Below, piece after piece: positions 25,350 to 39,480 of a DNA stretch of 64,000 bases; the first letter of the stretch is position 1; the number at the start of each line of letters is the position of its first letter. Origin of the DNA: Epiperipatus broadwayi (Eukaryota > Animalia > Onychophora); contig JAQFVV010000008.1 in the NCBI GenBank assembly GCA_028023455.1, positions 9,672,001 to 9,736,000 on the forward strand, written 5' to 3'. The notes beneath the pieces were generated by a model. The model was not told where the DNA came from, searched no databases, and worked only from the letters and a program-made list of their open reading frames with translations. The position numbers and the translations under genes are program-made.

Positions 25350-26848
25350 TGACAATATGTGGGTTTGTTCGCTAACTGGTATGAAATCACATTCATCACT
25401 AGAAAAAAACAAAAACAGTGCAGAATAAGCACCAACTTCAGTTTCTTTTTTTGTGATAATGGATTTTTGGTGACAATACAATCAGTAATTAAATGTTGAG
25501 ACAATGATTTTACTAATTCTTTATGAAGTTCCCAATATCCAGATATACATTTATTTAGCTCACATTGATTAAAATTTAAAGGCTCATTCAGAATTCAGGC
25601 CATTAACAAAAAAATGTTTTACCTATTGATTACAAAGTTGAAAATCTTCACGATTCATTTTTGTACTGAAGGGTGTAGATTCAATTTCCATGTCATTATT
25701 ATTTTCTGAATCTTCGATGGTATCTAAACTCAAAGCAATAATATCATTATCATTTGAGGCATCATCCACAAGCAATTCATCAATATCATTCTGGTAAAGG
25801 AATCAAAACCATCACCACCAATATCATATGCCAAAGTAATGATTTCTTTTGATAATGTCAGTGTTTGAATAGCTGCACTATTTTCCAAGACACGTAGACC
25901 AACCTTTTTACAACAGACATTTAAAGTGTGTGATTTTATTTAGCAATTGAAAAGGCAATATGATTTAAACAGTCAAAAATAGTAAAAACAATTCTAAGCA
26001 TCAGTTACTGCTATTGATTCTTTTTCTAGTTTATCCACTATGAATCCAAAAGTGTGTTTAATGTTGAAATTATGCCTGGGCCTAATGGCTGGGTAATGCT
26101 TGTTGGACTGGGTGGCAAAAATATTCCTTTTACATTTAGTTATTCTAAATATGGATGACCCTGGTGCATTGTCAATACACAATTAAACTTTAAAATCTAG
26201 ACTTTTTTGTTTTGTATATATTTCGACTTCTGGTACAAAGCAATATTAAACCATTCAGTAAATATTGCAGTTGTCACCCAAGCTTTTGTATTATCCATCC
26301 AATGTACCGGCAAATGTTTTAAATTTTCCCCTTTTAGAGCACATAGTCTTAGAGAATGATTTACTACAACAGGTTTTAAGATCCAATTTTCTGATGCATT
26401 GCTACAAAGTAACAATGTTATTCAATCTTCACTTGCTTTAAACCCACTTGCTTTTTTTTCAGACTTTGCGATTTAAGTTTGACTAAACATTTTCCCCCAA
26501 AACAGTTCTATTTCATCACTGTTGAATAGTTGTTTTGAATTATATCAACCATCTTCAATAATTTTGGCTAATTTTTCTGGAAAAGTTTTAGCTCTGGCAA
26601 TGCAATCTCGCCTGAAATTTTTATGTTATGCATTCCATGCCTTCATTTTATACTAAATACATACATAAGCATACTAAAACTTATCATATATATATGAACA
26701 TATATTTCAATAGTATGCAATATGTGTGCAACAAAAAAGAAAATAAGAATTTCAAAATCCGCAAAAAAAAAAAAAAAAACTAAGAAGAAATGTGACCTCA
26801 TAACTTCAAAATCTCATTACAAAAATCTGCATAAAAAGAGACTCAGTG
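25350..26848 (-). mobile_element. Tigger/pogo-family copy D, decayed formerly autonomous element
   Basis: Family left TIR remnant at ~26820-26848; family subterminal sequence at 25350-25540; transposase remnant between them. Confidence 0.85.
25600..26640 (-). pseudogene. Tigger-like (pogo, DDE_1) transposase pseudogene
   Basis: HNIKISGEIA..TFPEKLAKIIEDG..QLFNSDE..LFW, SEKKASGFKA..ITLLLCSNAS..LKPVVV..ALKGENLKHLPVHWMDNTKAWVTTAIFTEWF and IDNAPG; many stops and frameshifts. Confidence 0.9.
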
Positions 26849-27188
26849 CATATGCAATTTTATTCAAAATTCAATTTTTAGTGTAAACCAGAGGGAAACA
26901 AATTGTTGAAAACAAGACTTTTTTTAAATATTAAATATAAGATATAAAAATAATACAAAACTATAAAAATAAAAATAAATGGAAATTATCTTTTGATAAG
27001 TCATTAAAAAAATGATGGATAATATTCATAGCAAAGTTACATGTTTGAATGTAGTATTATATAAGTTATGTCAATTTAAAAAATTATTCAATTACAATTT
27101 GTTTGATATATTTACCAAAAGTAGATTATCTAATGTGGAAAAAAATATTTGCAAGTTAAAATATAATAAGAGTACCAAACTATCCATA

Positions 27189-27443
27189 CAGTAGTGCCAC
27201 CAAGTGCAAGCCTTCATAAAGAATGGATGCAGGAAAAGTTTTGTGCATAAAATCCCTATCTAATGCCTATGCATCCTCAGACTAGTTTTTAGCTTGTGGC
27301 TTTCATCAGTAATGAGACTTGGTTTTGAGAGCACTGTACCTAGATCATAGAATCTAATGCAACTTTCCAGCAGCCATCTTTTATCTATTTAGTTCAAACC
27401 TGCATCCATGGATTACAAAACCTTGTACTTGGTGGCACTACTA
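27189..27443. mobile_element. Tc1/mariner/pogo-type MITE (255 bp)
   Basis: TIR CAGTAGTGCCACCAAGTGCAAG / CTTGTACTTGGTGGCACTACTA, extended by ATGGATGCAGG/CCTGCATCCAT; TA flanks on both sides. Confidence 0.85.
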
Positions 27444-28156
27444 TATAGAGTTTGTTACTCATTAAGGGCACGTGTAAGTGTATGGTGATCATGTGATGTT
27501 TTAAAGTATCATGCTAAATATTTCTTTCAATTATCTTTTTTCTATTACTGAAACAGTTAATTTGTCATATTTATTTAAATAATATTTACTTAAAATTATT
27601 TATATGATGAGCTAAAATTAATTCAAAAGTAGATTTGTCTGTTTGCCTATCACTATAAGTTGGTAAAATTCTAACGTACTATTCTTAACATATGAAAATA
27701 GTATTTATACAAAAAGATGTGATAGGCATAAAATTTCTAAAATATATGACATCATTCAAAGCTAAATAATAATTCAACTTAATGGTATTTTAAAAATAGT
27801 TATTCATTAGCAGCAAACTATCTTTACTTCTTTACCATAGTATAAAGTTGAATAATAATTCAATATGGTAAAATTCTGAAAATATAATCATTCAAAAAAA
27901 AACATTGCAATATTTCACAGTTAATAGATTTATATATTTTTTCAACTTAACTGTAAATTGAATTACTCAAAATATTATGGGGACTACTTACCTATATAGG
28001 CAACAAATCAAATAAAGTTAAAGATTGTCTTGCAGTTATGATTCATACATGAGATTGTTTTTTTAAAATCTGGTGAAAGATAATATCTATATTGTATTTT
28101 TATATTGGACTATTTCTATCATCTAATATGTGTATTGAATGTCTTTAGAAAAATTT

Positions 28157-28300
28157 AACTTCAGTTGGTTAGAGAGTTACCTTAAAATTCAATAATCTAA
28201 GGATCCAGGTTCGAATCCCATGCTAGTACTGTCACTGGTCAGGCAAGCAACACCTGAAGAAGAAGGGAGAATAATACCTCTCAAAACATTATGCATATAT
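28157..28300 (+). mobile_element. tRNA-derived SINE remnant
   Basis: A-box-like AGTTGGTTAGAG (~28163-74) and B-box GGTTCGAATCCC (28208-19), with no full cloverleaf. Confidence 0.55.
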
Positions 28301-31300
28301 TAACCTGTTTGATGTGCTATTACTAACAGTTGAATGTATTTGGAATATTTAAATAAAGTTAAATTTTTCTAAAGACATTCAATACGCATACTAGATGATG
28401 AAAATAGTCTAATATAAAAATACAACTAGAACACTATCATCACAAACCTTCAGGAAAACATAATATCTATATCTCTAAAAGAAGTATTTGATAAGCTAAT
28501 GTTTGGAACTATACTTCCAAATTCATACAACAATTATTGTTCTTTTAAAGATTCTTATCTTGGATCTGTGAAAAAACAAATTATTTTGATAAAGGATACA
28601 AATTTATAATTTTTTGAATAATCACTCAAATGATATATAATTAAATTTTCATAGAATTCTCAAGTCATTTTTTGCTAGCCATCATATCAAACTTTCATCT
28701 AAAATCACTTTGTGATACAAACTTGTGATCAAATAAAACAAATTTTCATTGCTTACTAAGTTTAAATTACTTTAGATTCACCTCTTATTGAATACACAAA
28801 GATCACTAACATCTTGCATAAATCTTGTTTAACTGTTGTCTGTATATGTACAAAACAATTGTTATCCAAAAGTAACATATAGTCAGCAGACCTTTTGCAG
28901 ATGAGACAAATGTTCCTAATGATTCCAATAAAATCAGAATTGTACTTAATGATGATAAGTTGGATCTGACTCTAGCCACTAACTATAGTCCTCCAACTTT
29001 TAAAAACTTTTTTTTTTTGATTCAAAATGGCAATATTCTGGGAACTATAATTTGAAAATTCAAGTATTATGTTTTTCTATTTTAATGCATCACATAAAGG
29101 ATTTATATTTAAAAAAAAAAAATTTAGAATTTTAAAAATCCAATCTAAATAAGAATGAATAAAAAATAACTTATTCTGATAGCTTGGATCTCTATAATCT
29201 ATATAAAATCTGCATATCTCAGTAAAGTTTTCTTTTAGCTAGACATTAAATTTGAAACAACATAAAAAAGTAATTCATAGACTTTCTTTTGTTATGATTC
29301 TTTTGTGTGTACATTTAAATATTAAAAAAAAAAAAAATCTCTGTACTAAAGTTATAGAAACTGGTAGATGTTATATTTTAAATATTTGTTAATCACTTTT
29401 ACAAAAAAATTATATAACAAATATTTATTTATAGTAAACAATAGACAACTTATTATCAACAGTAATTTGTTATTCTCAATCATTGTTCTCTATTGTATAC
29501 TTACCTTCAACTTGCTTAGAGAAAAAGAACTTAAATAACTACTTTTTACAATCTTCTCAAAGATAGTGATAGAGAAAAATTTGATTAAGATTCATATTTC
29601 TAAGTAAAATATAATTCTATAGTGGTAATATATAATTTATAATAAGCTAAATAATTATAAATAAATACTCTGATCTTTTCATGCACAGTTAAAAAAATAC
29701 TACAGTTAATAAACAAAAAGTCTAAGTAAAGACATATACTTAGGATCAGTTGCATATCAAACAAAGTAGCTACATATAAATTCTATCATGAAAGATCACA
29801 CTATAATCCCAACATCTTTATTTTCTTCATTGAAGGATTCAAACAACAAATTTTGTTCACTAGCAAACCATCCTTATACTAAACTTAGAATTAAACTAGA
29901 ATGAAATGCATAAAAGTTCCATTTTGTTAATCAGATAGGGCTTTCCCTCACTTTCCTTGATTGGGAATTGATCTGGGAACTTTTAATTCTCAAGGTAATT
30001 AGAAACATTAATAATTGAATTATTGGCTTAGGATATGAAATATTTAAACAGAAGTTATAAATATTTAGCTGTTTGTTTATTTTTTTTTAAAAATAATTTA
30101 TATAATTTTTAATATAATTATTTAGTAAATCTGTAAATTAACATATTTGCATAAGTTTTTAATAGCTATATGCAGTTTTGAGATGATTAAATATGTGAAA
30201 CAAGTGATACCCTTCTCAAAATCTATAATAATAAACATAATGAATGGAAATAATATATCATTAGTATACAGATTTAACAATGACAATTCAGCAACTCTTT
30301 TTAATTGAAACAAACTTACAAGAGAGCACTTCAAATTTCTATGAATGCTACACATTATTTTAATATGAATCAAGATTTATTCAAGTAACATTTCTAAAAG
30401 AAAATTAAAAAAAAATAAACACAGAACACATGTTGACATGAGCATTTACTTCTCTTTTGTCTTCTTCATTTTATCATTTTAAGTTACAAGAAAAATATTT
30501 CTTACTCTGCTAGTATATTCATGATTTTTAATTTTTCCTAAAATAGCATGTGAATAAAGAAGAAATACATTTCCTTCCATACTACTTATCAAAATACTAC
30601 CATAAACTACATACTACTGCAAAAAAGTGAAAGAAAAAATTATATTTCTCATTATAAAAAAATCTAACTGTATAGATATAAAAAATATATGCAATATGTC
30701 AAATAAACAGGCTATATGATCCCAGTACTTGATAAATATATTTGAGATTTATAAAGTGATATGTATAATATCACAAAACTCACTTACATATTATTTAATA
30801 TTTGTTTAAGTTTCAGGCAATCTATGTTACTTTAGAGACACGAAAATATAAGAAGATATATCAAGCATCAATTACTTATAAAACTTCTTTTAATCCATCC
30901 AAATCAATCTCATAAAGTTTAAAAAACAAGAATCAATATATATTTATTTTGTTTTTAAATAATCGCAATTTAAATATTAAAAAAAAAAAGTTGCTATTGT
31001 ATGTATATTTTACTCATCAATGAACAAGCCATCATATATATAATAAGTTAATAAGTTTCATTTTTTCCCGTAATGTCTAAAAATATAAAATTATTATATT
31101 TTACAGAAGATAATGATATGAAAAATAAATAATATGTTAAAAACAGAAAAATAATAAATTTTGAAAGCAAACTTAAAATAAGATCTCTGTGGAAAATATT
31201 TATGTCCAGAGAGTATAAATAGGCTTGAAAATGTGAAAATAATCTAATTTATTTTAAAAACAAACATGAAATTAATATATTTTCATAACAGCCATTTGAA

Positions 31301-34300
31301 AAATAAATTCAAAAATAGTCCTAAGTCAAAAACAATTCATAAATTGTGTGTGGGTTCCTGTCACTGGCCAATATATATATATATAAACTGTTAGTATTGA
31401 CAATTGAATAACAGAATCTTCTGCTAGTTAAATATACATAAGTTATCATACCATCAGAATTTAGCCAAAAAATCTTTTAAGATATGGTATATCACTATGA
31501 GTAAGCACTGTCATAGGTTCTAATGTTGTAGCATTAAAATGTTTGCTCATGTCAAATGTCATAATCAAAGCCTACTTGCAATTTCTTCAAATGAACAATT
31601 TTGCCATCAATTTCCTGGAGATTTATTTTCAAAATAAATTATATTATTTTCATGTTTTGAAGCACATTAATTGTAAAATAATTATAGTCTGTTTGCAAAA
31701 TATATTATTTTCAAGTTTGTTTTGTAAAAAAAAATTACATTACTTTTATATTTTGAAACACATTACAATTCTTTAATGTTTGTATTTTTGATTGTTTTTA
31801 AGAAAAAAATGAAATTTATCAGTTTATTCTAGTACAGTTTTGATATATGTATGGTGACTCCATCAATAGATAGAGAATACATGTAAATGGCACCAAAAAA
31901 AACAAAAAAAAACACAGGTATAAATAAAGACAAACAAAAAATAAACTTAAAAGAGAAATATAAAAATAATTTTTAATTATTATTAAAAACACACATCTAT
32001 TATATTAGCTGTTATTTAAATCACTTCATTACTAAAGATGGATCCCACTTTTAATAGCTAAATTTTAGAAAGAAAAAAAATAGCAGTGTCACTTAATCTA
32101 AAATATTTCATGAATTGCTTAGTGGTTTGTGGTGAACTGTTAATCTGAATGCCATACTATTACTTATAACTTTTTGCATAATATTTATTTATATTGTAAC
32201 CCCCTTTTTTTTTTTAAAATTACATGCAAATATAAAAAAGCCAAATACTATCACCCTGTTTGTTAAATTTGGAAAGGAGAAGTAAAACTGTAAATTTTTA
32301 ATATCAAAATATATTGATAAGCTGTAGCTGTAATATCATATTAGTTCATGTTATCTATTATTGTTTTTAAAATTCATGTATAATGCAAATGTTTTTATTT
32401 AATTTTGAAATGTGAAATTGCAATAATGTTTGGAATTGAAAACTGAATTAAAAAAGATTGAATGTTAGATGAACTGAATGTAACCTAAAACAAATTCCAC
32501 TATTTAAAAAATAGCCTTCACAATATTATATTACTTAATATACATTATTATTTTAAAATAAAAATAATAAGGCAATTAATAAAATCCTTCAAAAATTTAT
32601 TCTCTCATATTAATAGACTTGCTAAAGTATGATGAAAATAATATTTATAATTTTCTTCTTGTAATCTCCTTTAATATTTTGCTATTTTAATTTTTATTAT
32701 ATTTTGATGTTTATTTAATATTGGAATCAATTGAATAAGTAAAAATATGATTTTTTCCCCCCATATGTCATAGCATTGGCAGCTGCATTGACCTCTTGGC
32801 TAACAACACTTGACAAAAATATGATTATTTGATGGTAAATAAGCAAAAATCTATTTAGTGATTGTCTTAGCATATTGCTTCTATTAACACTCAATTATTT
32901 TTTCTGGTTATAGTACCATATTTATTATTTTTTATCACCACATAGTTATTATAAAACAAATATAATTAAAACTTTATTATTTGTGATGGGAGGGCAGTTC
33001 CTATAAAAATCCAAGAAAACAAAAACATAAATATGTAATTAATGATCCGATGTTTCTACAGGACAATCAGATAATTTTCTACTTATCATTATAACTTGGT
33101 TTTAAATATAATTGAATAATAAACTTGTTTTAAATATAATGTATATCTAGCACAGTCCATTTATTTTAATTTTATATAGAGTAAAACCTTGATCTATCAT
33201 TTTTCAAGAGGAAAAACATAAATGAGAGTATTGAAAATCTATTAACAATTTTGGATAAAAACAATTTAATGATTATTCACTAAAATACATATAAAATATA
33301 ATTCAGATTTTATAATTCAAAACAATTCACATCTATCATTTGTAAAATGTATGTATGAGTATAATATATATAATTTTAATATTGCAATAATTATTCATTG
33401 TTTAAAAAAACCATAGTTAATTAATATAAAAGATAATGATTAGATACTTTAAGATCTTTTTATATTTCTATTTATAACAATCTTGATTTTAGTTTTATAA
33501 AAAACAAAATAACTGTGTTAATGATCCAATAGGTTCCCTAAAATGCCTTGTAAATTATTAAAAATCTCATACAAAAAACAATTGCAATGACTTCATTCTT
33601 ATTCTAAATTCAAAATTTGTAATAAATATTAAAATCAGATAACAAAACAAGATTTGAACTGGAGGGTGGATATAGCATTGTAGTAAGCACATTATTAATA
33701 TAAAAATAAAAACCACTAACTTGTGATTAACTATAATGTATAATTTTAAAAAAATATTTCAGCTAACTTTTTTTAAAAAAAAAACAACATTTTGAATTTT
33801 CTATGTCTGATGAGATTGATATTCTGTTGAATCAGTGATTCATTAAATTAAAAGGAAGCATATAAGAAGAAAAAGAAGTTAACATAACTTATATTTTAAA
33901 ATTTATCTTTTGATGTATTTTGTGTTCTGTTTATCAATGCTTTATGTTTTCATAATTATCCAACCAATAAAACTTTGAATTCTTCTTTCTTTCTTTTTTG
34001 TAGCAGTATTAATTTTTTATTATTATTAAATCAATAGTCCACCATTTATTATTATTTACATAAATGCAATCTTCACTAAATAAAAATTAGATCAAAAACA
34101 TAATAAACAGTAGTAGGTAATTGTTGTAGTTTTAGTAAGATAAAAGATTAAATCACTCCCCACCCCAAATATTATTTGTGCTTAGATGACACATCCCCCC
34201 TCCCCCCAGGAAAATGAAAATTTTTATAGATGCAAAAATATTAATTAGAAATTAATTAAATAAAAACTATCTTTGAAGAAATGTACATATTTTAAACTTT

Positions 34301-36454
34301 ATTAACATTCTTTGTTGTTATATGATAATGTATTAAATGATATTTGTATTTTTATTTTTTTCTTGCTAATATTTTATTTACAATTATGATGAAAGTCTCT
34401 GTTATCTTGGATACACTCAGGCAAATTATAAAAATAGTGACTAAAAATTAAGCAAGTAAGATATTTTCAACTTGCATTTGATTCTCTTTGATCATATAAA
34501 CTTGATTATTAATTGTATAATATATGAATTTTTTTTTTTATAAATTCAAATAAAAAATATACACACCAAATTATGTAAATAATAAATAAAATCATACATC
34601 ATGTGAGTTAACTTATGTAAATATATATATATTTAACTAAAATAATTTAATTTATGATGGAATTTTTGTCTGAGGGGAAATTAGCATTTCCAAATATAGT
34701 AAACAAAAATTGAGTGAATATATATTAGCTAATGTACATATTTTAAAATTTGTTTTTAATACACTTTGTTGTTTATTATTTATGACTGAAATTTGCTTTG
34801 ATTACATATATATATTGTTGTTTGTCTTGACTTATTTATCTTAGATAGTCACAAATTACAGTACAAAAATATTTTGGAGAATAGGATAAAAAGTACATTA
34901 AGTAAATAAAATAATAATATTTCTAATTATTTTATATTGCATTTTATTATTGCATAATATACTTTACTGTATAATCAAATTATATCTATAATTACTGTAC
35001 ATAAAGTGTATTTTATATATTTTATTCATAGTATGAATGTCAGTATTTTATCCTAGATAAATATCATTGCTTTCCTGAAGTCTATCCTATGATGTCACTA
35101 GTCTTATAAAATGCCTATCTTTTTTTTTAAAAAAAAAAAAACATTTAAAATTTTTTTTTAATTTTTCTTAAAGGTCATTATCGTAAATAGTTGATTGCTA
35201 ATCAAAATAATGGATAGAAAGTCCTAATATGTAATAGGTAGGAGAGGATGGTATATAAGTAAAATAACTTTAAAATCATAGCTCAAGACTTTCCATATCT
35301 TAAAAAAATTCTAAAATATTATTTACTAGAAAAAAAAAATTTGATATTTGTTCTATGCAAACTTTATGCCTCAATTCAAACTACAATAATTCTAGAAATA
35401 AAACATTTCCATGGTCACTACCATAATTGTCTTGTGTGCATGTCATAATGTAGCTGCTCTTTCACCAGCATTTCATGAAACTCAGCAAAGTTTGGAACAA
35501 TTTCTAGTTCACCATTTTTCTTTGTTCCATTTATTTAATAAAAGAAATAGTATACTATAATAGGAGCTAAATTTCTTTAGGCAATAATGTTAATATTCTG
35601 AATCTGCAACGCTATAAAACTTTTTGAAATGGTTTAAAACATTTATTTCTGAGCTATATTGTAATTCATGAAAGGAGGAGGGTCTCTAGCAGAATCTATT
35701 TGGACATAAATATCATTAAATCAGATTTGAGAAACAAAATATTTAATGAACATTTGGATCAATTTGTAGTTACCTGGTATAATCATACATAAATGAATTT
35801 TAAAGAACTAATGATATCATATTTCATTTTAATGTTGAAAATATTTGTTTTTATATTCCTTGCAAATTTACTTAACTATTTAATAAATAAATTTAATTTT
35901 ATTTAATTTCTGGATGCCATAACATAGAAGTAGTTCTTACATCAATAAGTTTATTGCTACTGATATTCTTTAACAAAATATAGATATAGAAATTACTCAT
36001 TCATTATGTTTTTTATTCAATGAGAATTAGCATTTTTACATTTAAGAATTGTACAGTATGCAATAAGTATTTGCAAAATCATGAATGTTTAAACTTACAA
36101 AAAAAAAAAAAAAGAGTGAAATAATTTTAAAATATTGTAGCCATTTTCTGCAAAAAAAAGTGATTTGCAATGTAATAATTAAAAATTAATTTAACAAGAA
36201 ATCATTGTAACAATTTCTCTTAAAGTCACATCTACAAATTTATAAAATTAAAAATATATACATATATTTTTCAAAAATGATTTAAATTTTTACCTCCAAA
36301 ATGCTCTGCAGTTTAGTGCAGTGTTCAACTTTTGTTTTACTAAATCTGTTTCTTGGATGCCCAAATGTTATGATCTCCTCTGCAACTAATCATATGAATA
36401 CTTTATGAATTTTAAAAGTTTGCACATATATTTTCTCAGCTGTGTTAATTTTAC

Positions 36455-36547
36455 CTTTGCAACATCTAAATTAAAAGTATTATGAAAATTATATTTTAAG
36501 TCACCAAATCCATAAAAATTTGTTCTGGGTGCCTTGTTATGAATTAT
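36455..36547 (-). CDS. Candidate coding exon (phase 0-0), unidentified gene
   Basis: tttctAAG|93 bp open (IIHNKAPRTNFYGFGDLKYNFHNTFNLDVAK)|GTAAAA; in phase with the exon at 37087-37169. Confidence 0.4.
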
Positions 36548-37086
36548 CTTAGAAATATTAAAATATTGAATATAAAACATCCTTTAATAAATAAAAATTC
36601 TTACATTTTGTCTAAAGATATATCTAAGTTAGCAGGAGGAAATATTTGTTAACACAAACAAAAAAACTATTTTATAAAATAATTTATAGTGATTTATGAT
36701 AACCATACAAAGTCTTGAGAAGAATATCTCTGATGCTTTTTAGTATATATTTTTAAATATATTAAATAAAGAAGAACAGTAATAATTCAAATGAGAATAA
36801 CTAATTCTAGACTAAATTGATCAGATTGTTTATGTTTCAGAATTTGTAATTCACAAATTTTAATCATTAAATTTTTTTAAAAAAAAAAACAAACGGTATG
36901 GAAATAAATAGTGATTAAAAATTTAAAAAACAGGGAGCAGTATTAAATTATCTTCAATTTCATTATATAAAATGATGAAAAACCTGATCAACTACTTTGT
37001 GTATGACTGCAATTCAAAAAGTCATTAATACTCAAATAACTTTTTCTTTAAATTTCAAAATAATTATAATAAAATAAACTACTTAC

Positions 37087-37169
37087 CTTTCTCCCTGAAT
37101 CATCAGAGTGCATCCCTGAGAAAATCTGTGGAGTATGTTGTATTTGTTGATTCATATTACCATGGAAAT
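37087..37169 (-). CDS. Candidate coding exon (phase 1-0), unidentified gene
   Basis: atatatttAG|83 bp open (DFHGNMNQQIQHTPQIFSGMHSDDSGRK)|GTAAGT; GC higher than the flanks. Confidence 0.5.
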
Positions 37170-38580
37170 CTAAATATATAAATTTTAAAAAATTTGTAAA
37201 TAAATACACAAAATGAAAAGGAAGTTTAATTTTTTTTTCAAACATTACAAATAAGTTTTCATATAAACACCTACAAATTATTATTAAAAAAAAACAACAA
37301 CAAACATTTTCAAAATATTTACATATAAAAGATCAGTTTAAACTTTGATTTTCATTTTCATAACTATGTTTGCAGCAAAATGGATGTAAACAATTTTATG
37401 TAATATATTCTGGAGGGTGTGGGGGTGGGGGATAAACAAAAATTCAAATACTATATGTATTAGCAGATATTTTTTAAAATAAACAGTAGATTTAAATTAA
37501 TAACTAGAAAAGAAGTAAACCAGCGATCTCCCTTCTTAACTTGCTTAAGTGACACTGCAAACATCTCCCTTTCAAATCTAGAAACCACAATGAAAACAAA
37601 CCAAGCTTACAATCGATTTCTAGCAAACTTCTTCTCAGTAGCTATATTTTATTATTCAAAATTAATGGATTGATAATTCAAATATTATCAAAATGAAGAC
37701 TAGTCTGTACAGCTATATGAATCTCACATTAGGTCAACAATTATTTATATATTAATAATTTTAATTTTGACCCAACTGCAAGTAATTTTAGACACTAACA
37801 AAAAAAAAACAATCAATGTTCACAGGATTTTTTTCCATCTAAAAGACCAATTACCTAAAAACTTAGCTGCAGAAGTTTGGATGAACTAGCAGTGTCCATT
37901 CATTTTACTCACTACTTATATTGTTGCTTTGAAATGAAGAAATGTTTTTGACTATCCTGTTCTAAACAACTCAAAAATGATTGGAATTAGTTTAAAATTT
38001 TGGACAGTAAAAAAATAGAGTGGTCTGCTGTAGTTCAAAACTTTACGATGCTTAAATTTTCAAGATATTGGTCTCGAAATATAAAGTAAAAGATGACCAT
38101 TTAATGGAATGCAACTTCAATATTGCTTACAAAAAAAAAAAAAAAGGCAAATTACCTATAGACTGGTCATATTGCTACATGAAACTAACATTTAATGTTC
38201 ATTGTTTATACTGTGGAATCTGTCATTAATTAACTTATAATTTGCTAACACTTATTCTGAAAATGCTGCCTTTAAAATTAACTTAATGTAAATTGCAACA
38301 ATTTATAACTTTCACACCAATAATAATGTGCTAATTTTATAATAAATGATCTAAAATTTCACAGAAAATTAATACTTTAGTATATCAAGTATTAATATAT
38401 ATAATTTATTAATAGCTTCATTAACTGTGCACAGAGCACATATATATATATTAATTTATTTAAGTGTTAATGAAGTAAAATTTTAACTATATCAAGTATT
38501 ATGTGTTTCTAAACTAATTATATAAAACCTCGGTCCACTTCTTGAAGCATTCAAAAATTCTTATCAAATTAATCAAGTAC

Positions 38581-38626
38581 CATTCACTTTCACTTCATTT
38601 TTAAACTTTGATATCTCCAAGTTCAT
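38581..38626 (-). CDS. Candidate first coding segment (MNLEISKFKNEVKVN)
   Basis: ATG at 38626, inside a segment bounded by a ttttctAG acceptor (38682-83) and a GTACTT donor. It ends in phase 1, matching the next exon candidate. Confidence 0.3.
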
Positions 38627-39309
38627 GTCTAATCTACGTTCTCTACAAGCTTTTTTGATATATCAATTTAACCATATTTATCTAGAAAATTTTAAAAATG
38701 ATAAAACTTAACACACATTAAAAATATAATTAATATATATATAAAATTAACAGTGTTAAAGAAAAAACTGTTATATCTACAAACCACATTAATTGAAAAA
38801 TTATGTTAATCAAAATTTTAAAATGTGAATTTCATTATATTTATATAAACTTATATGCATATTAAAACATTTCTCTTTTAAAATTACTTAAAGTGATTTG
38901 CATTCTTAATGTTCTGATAGAACTCATGACTATACAAGTTATATCCTGTTAACATGTTATGCCCTAAAAAAATTTGATATCCATGTGATTGCACAAATAT
39001 ATCAATTTAGGGACATCACGAATAGATCAAGAGTTTGTTTTCAATACATCTCTTGAAGTATATATGGTATGTTTTTCCACATAATGAATTGTTGTGTTGT
39101 CCAGATAATCTTTCAACTGCAAAAAAAAAAAAAAAATGCAAATGTCTTACATTTAACATAATTACAATTTACACTTAATTGAATAAAAACATATGTAAGT
39201 TTTCTTCTTATAGTTTTTTTTTGTTTACAGGAAAGGTGATGTACTATTGACTGGTTAAATAACATTAAAACTTATATCTTAATATGATTATTCCAATATT
39301 TCTTATCAG

Positions 39310-39480
39310 AAAAAAAAAATCCAGTTAATAATGATCTGAGAATATGACAGATCTCCCCCTCTGTTTGAAAACACATTGCTAAAAGTTTCCTGCCAGTTAT
39401 TTTTATGGCTTTATTCTATTGGCAATATCTTTAGAAAGTTGTCACATAACTTTGTTATATAATGTCAAATGTTCTTGTTC
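39310..39480 (-). mobile_element. Highly decayed LINE (RTE-like) RT fragment
   Basis: LTLYNKVM*QLSKDIANRIKP*K*LAGNF*QCVFKQRGRS resembles the RT N-terminal ITLLN..YK..S.I..NR.......G.YQCGF..GRS block; several stops are explainable by C>T. Confidence 0.45.

Noticed and set aside
28880-28975. ATGATGA ... CTGA as a box C/D snoRNA
   Set aside because: The boxes are only 10 nt apart, there is no credible upstream C box, and no rRNA-complementary guide was recognised.
33645-33700. Minus-strand GTTCAAATC B-box as a tRNA or SINE
   Set aside because: No cloverleaf and only a doubtful A box; too decayed to call.
37085-37112. Minus-strand CTGATGA-TTCAGGGA-GAAA as a hammerhead
   Set aside because: No stable helix II or helix I; the sequence is better explained as a coding exon end plus donor.
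37413-37432. G-run cluster as a G-quadruplex (also ~6933-6948)
   Set aside because: Short, irregular G tracts; poly-G/C runs are scattered through the window with no functional context.
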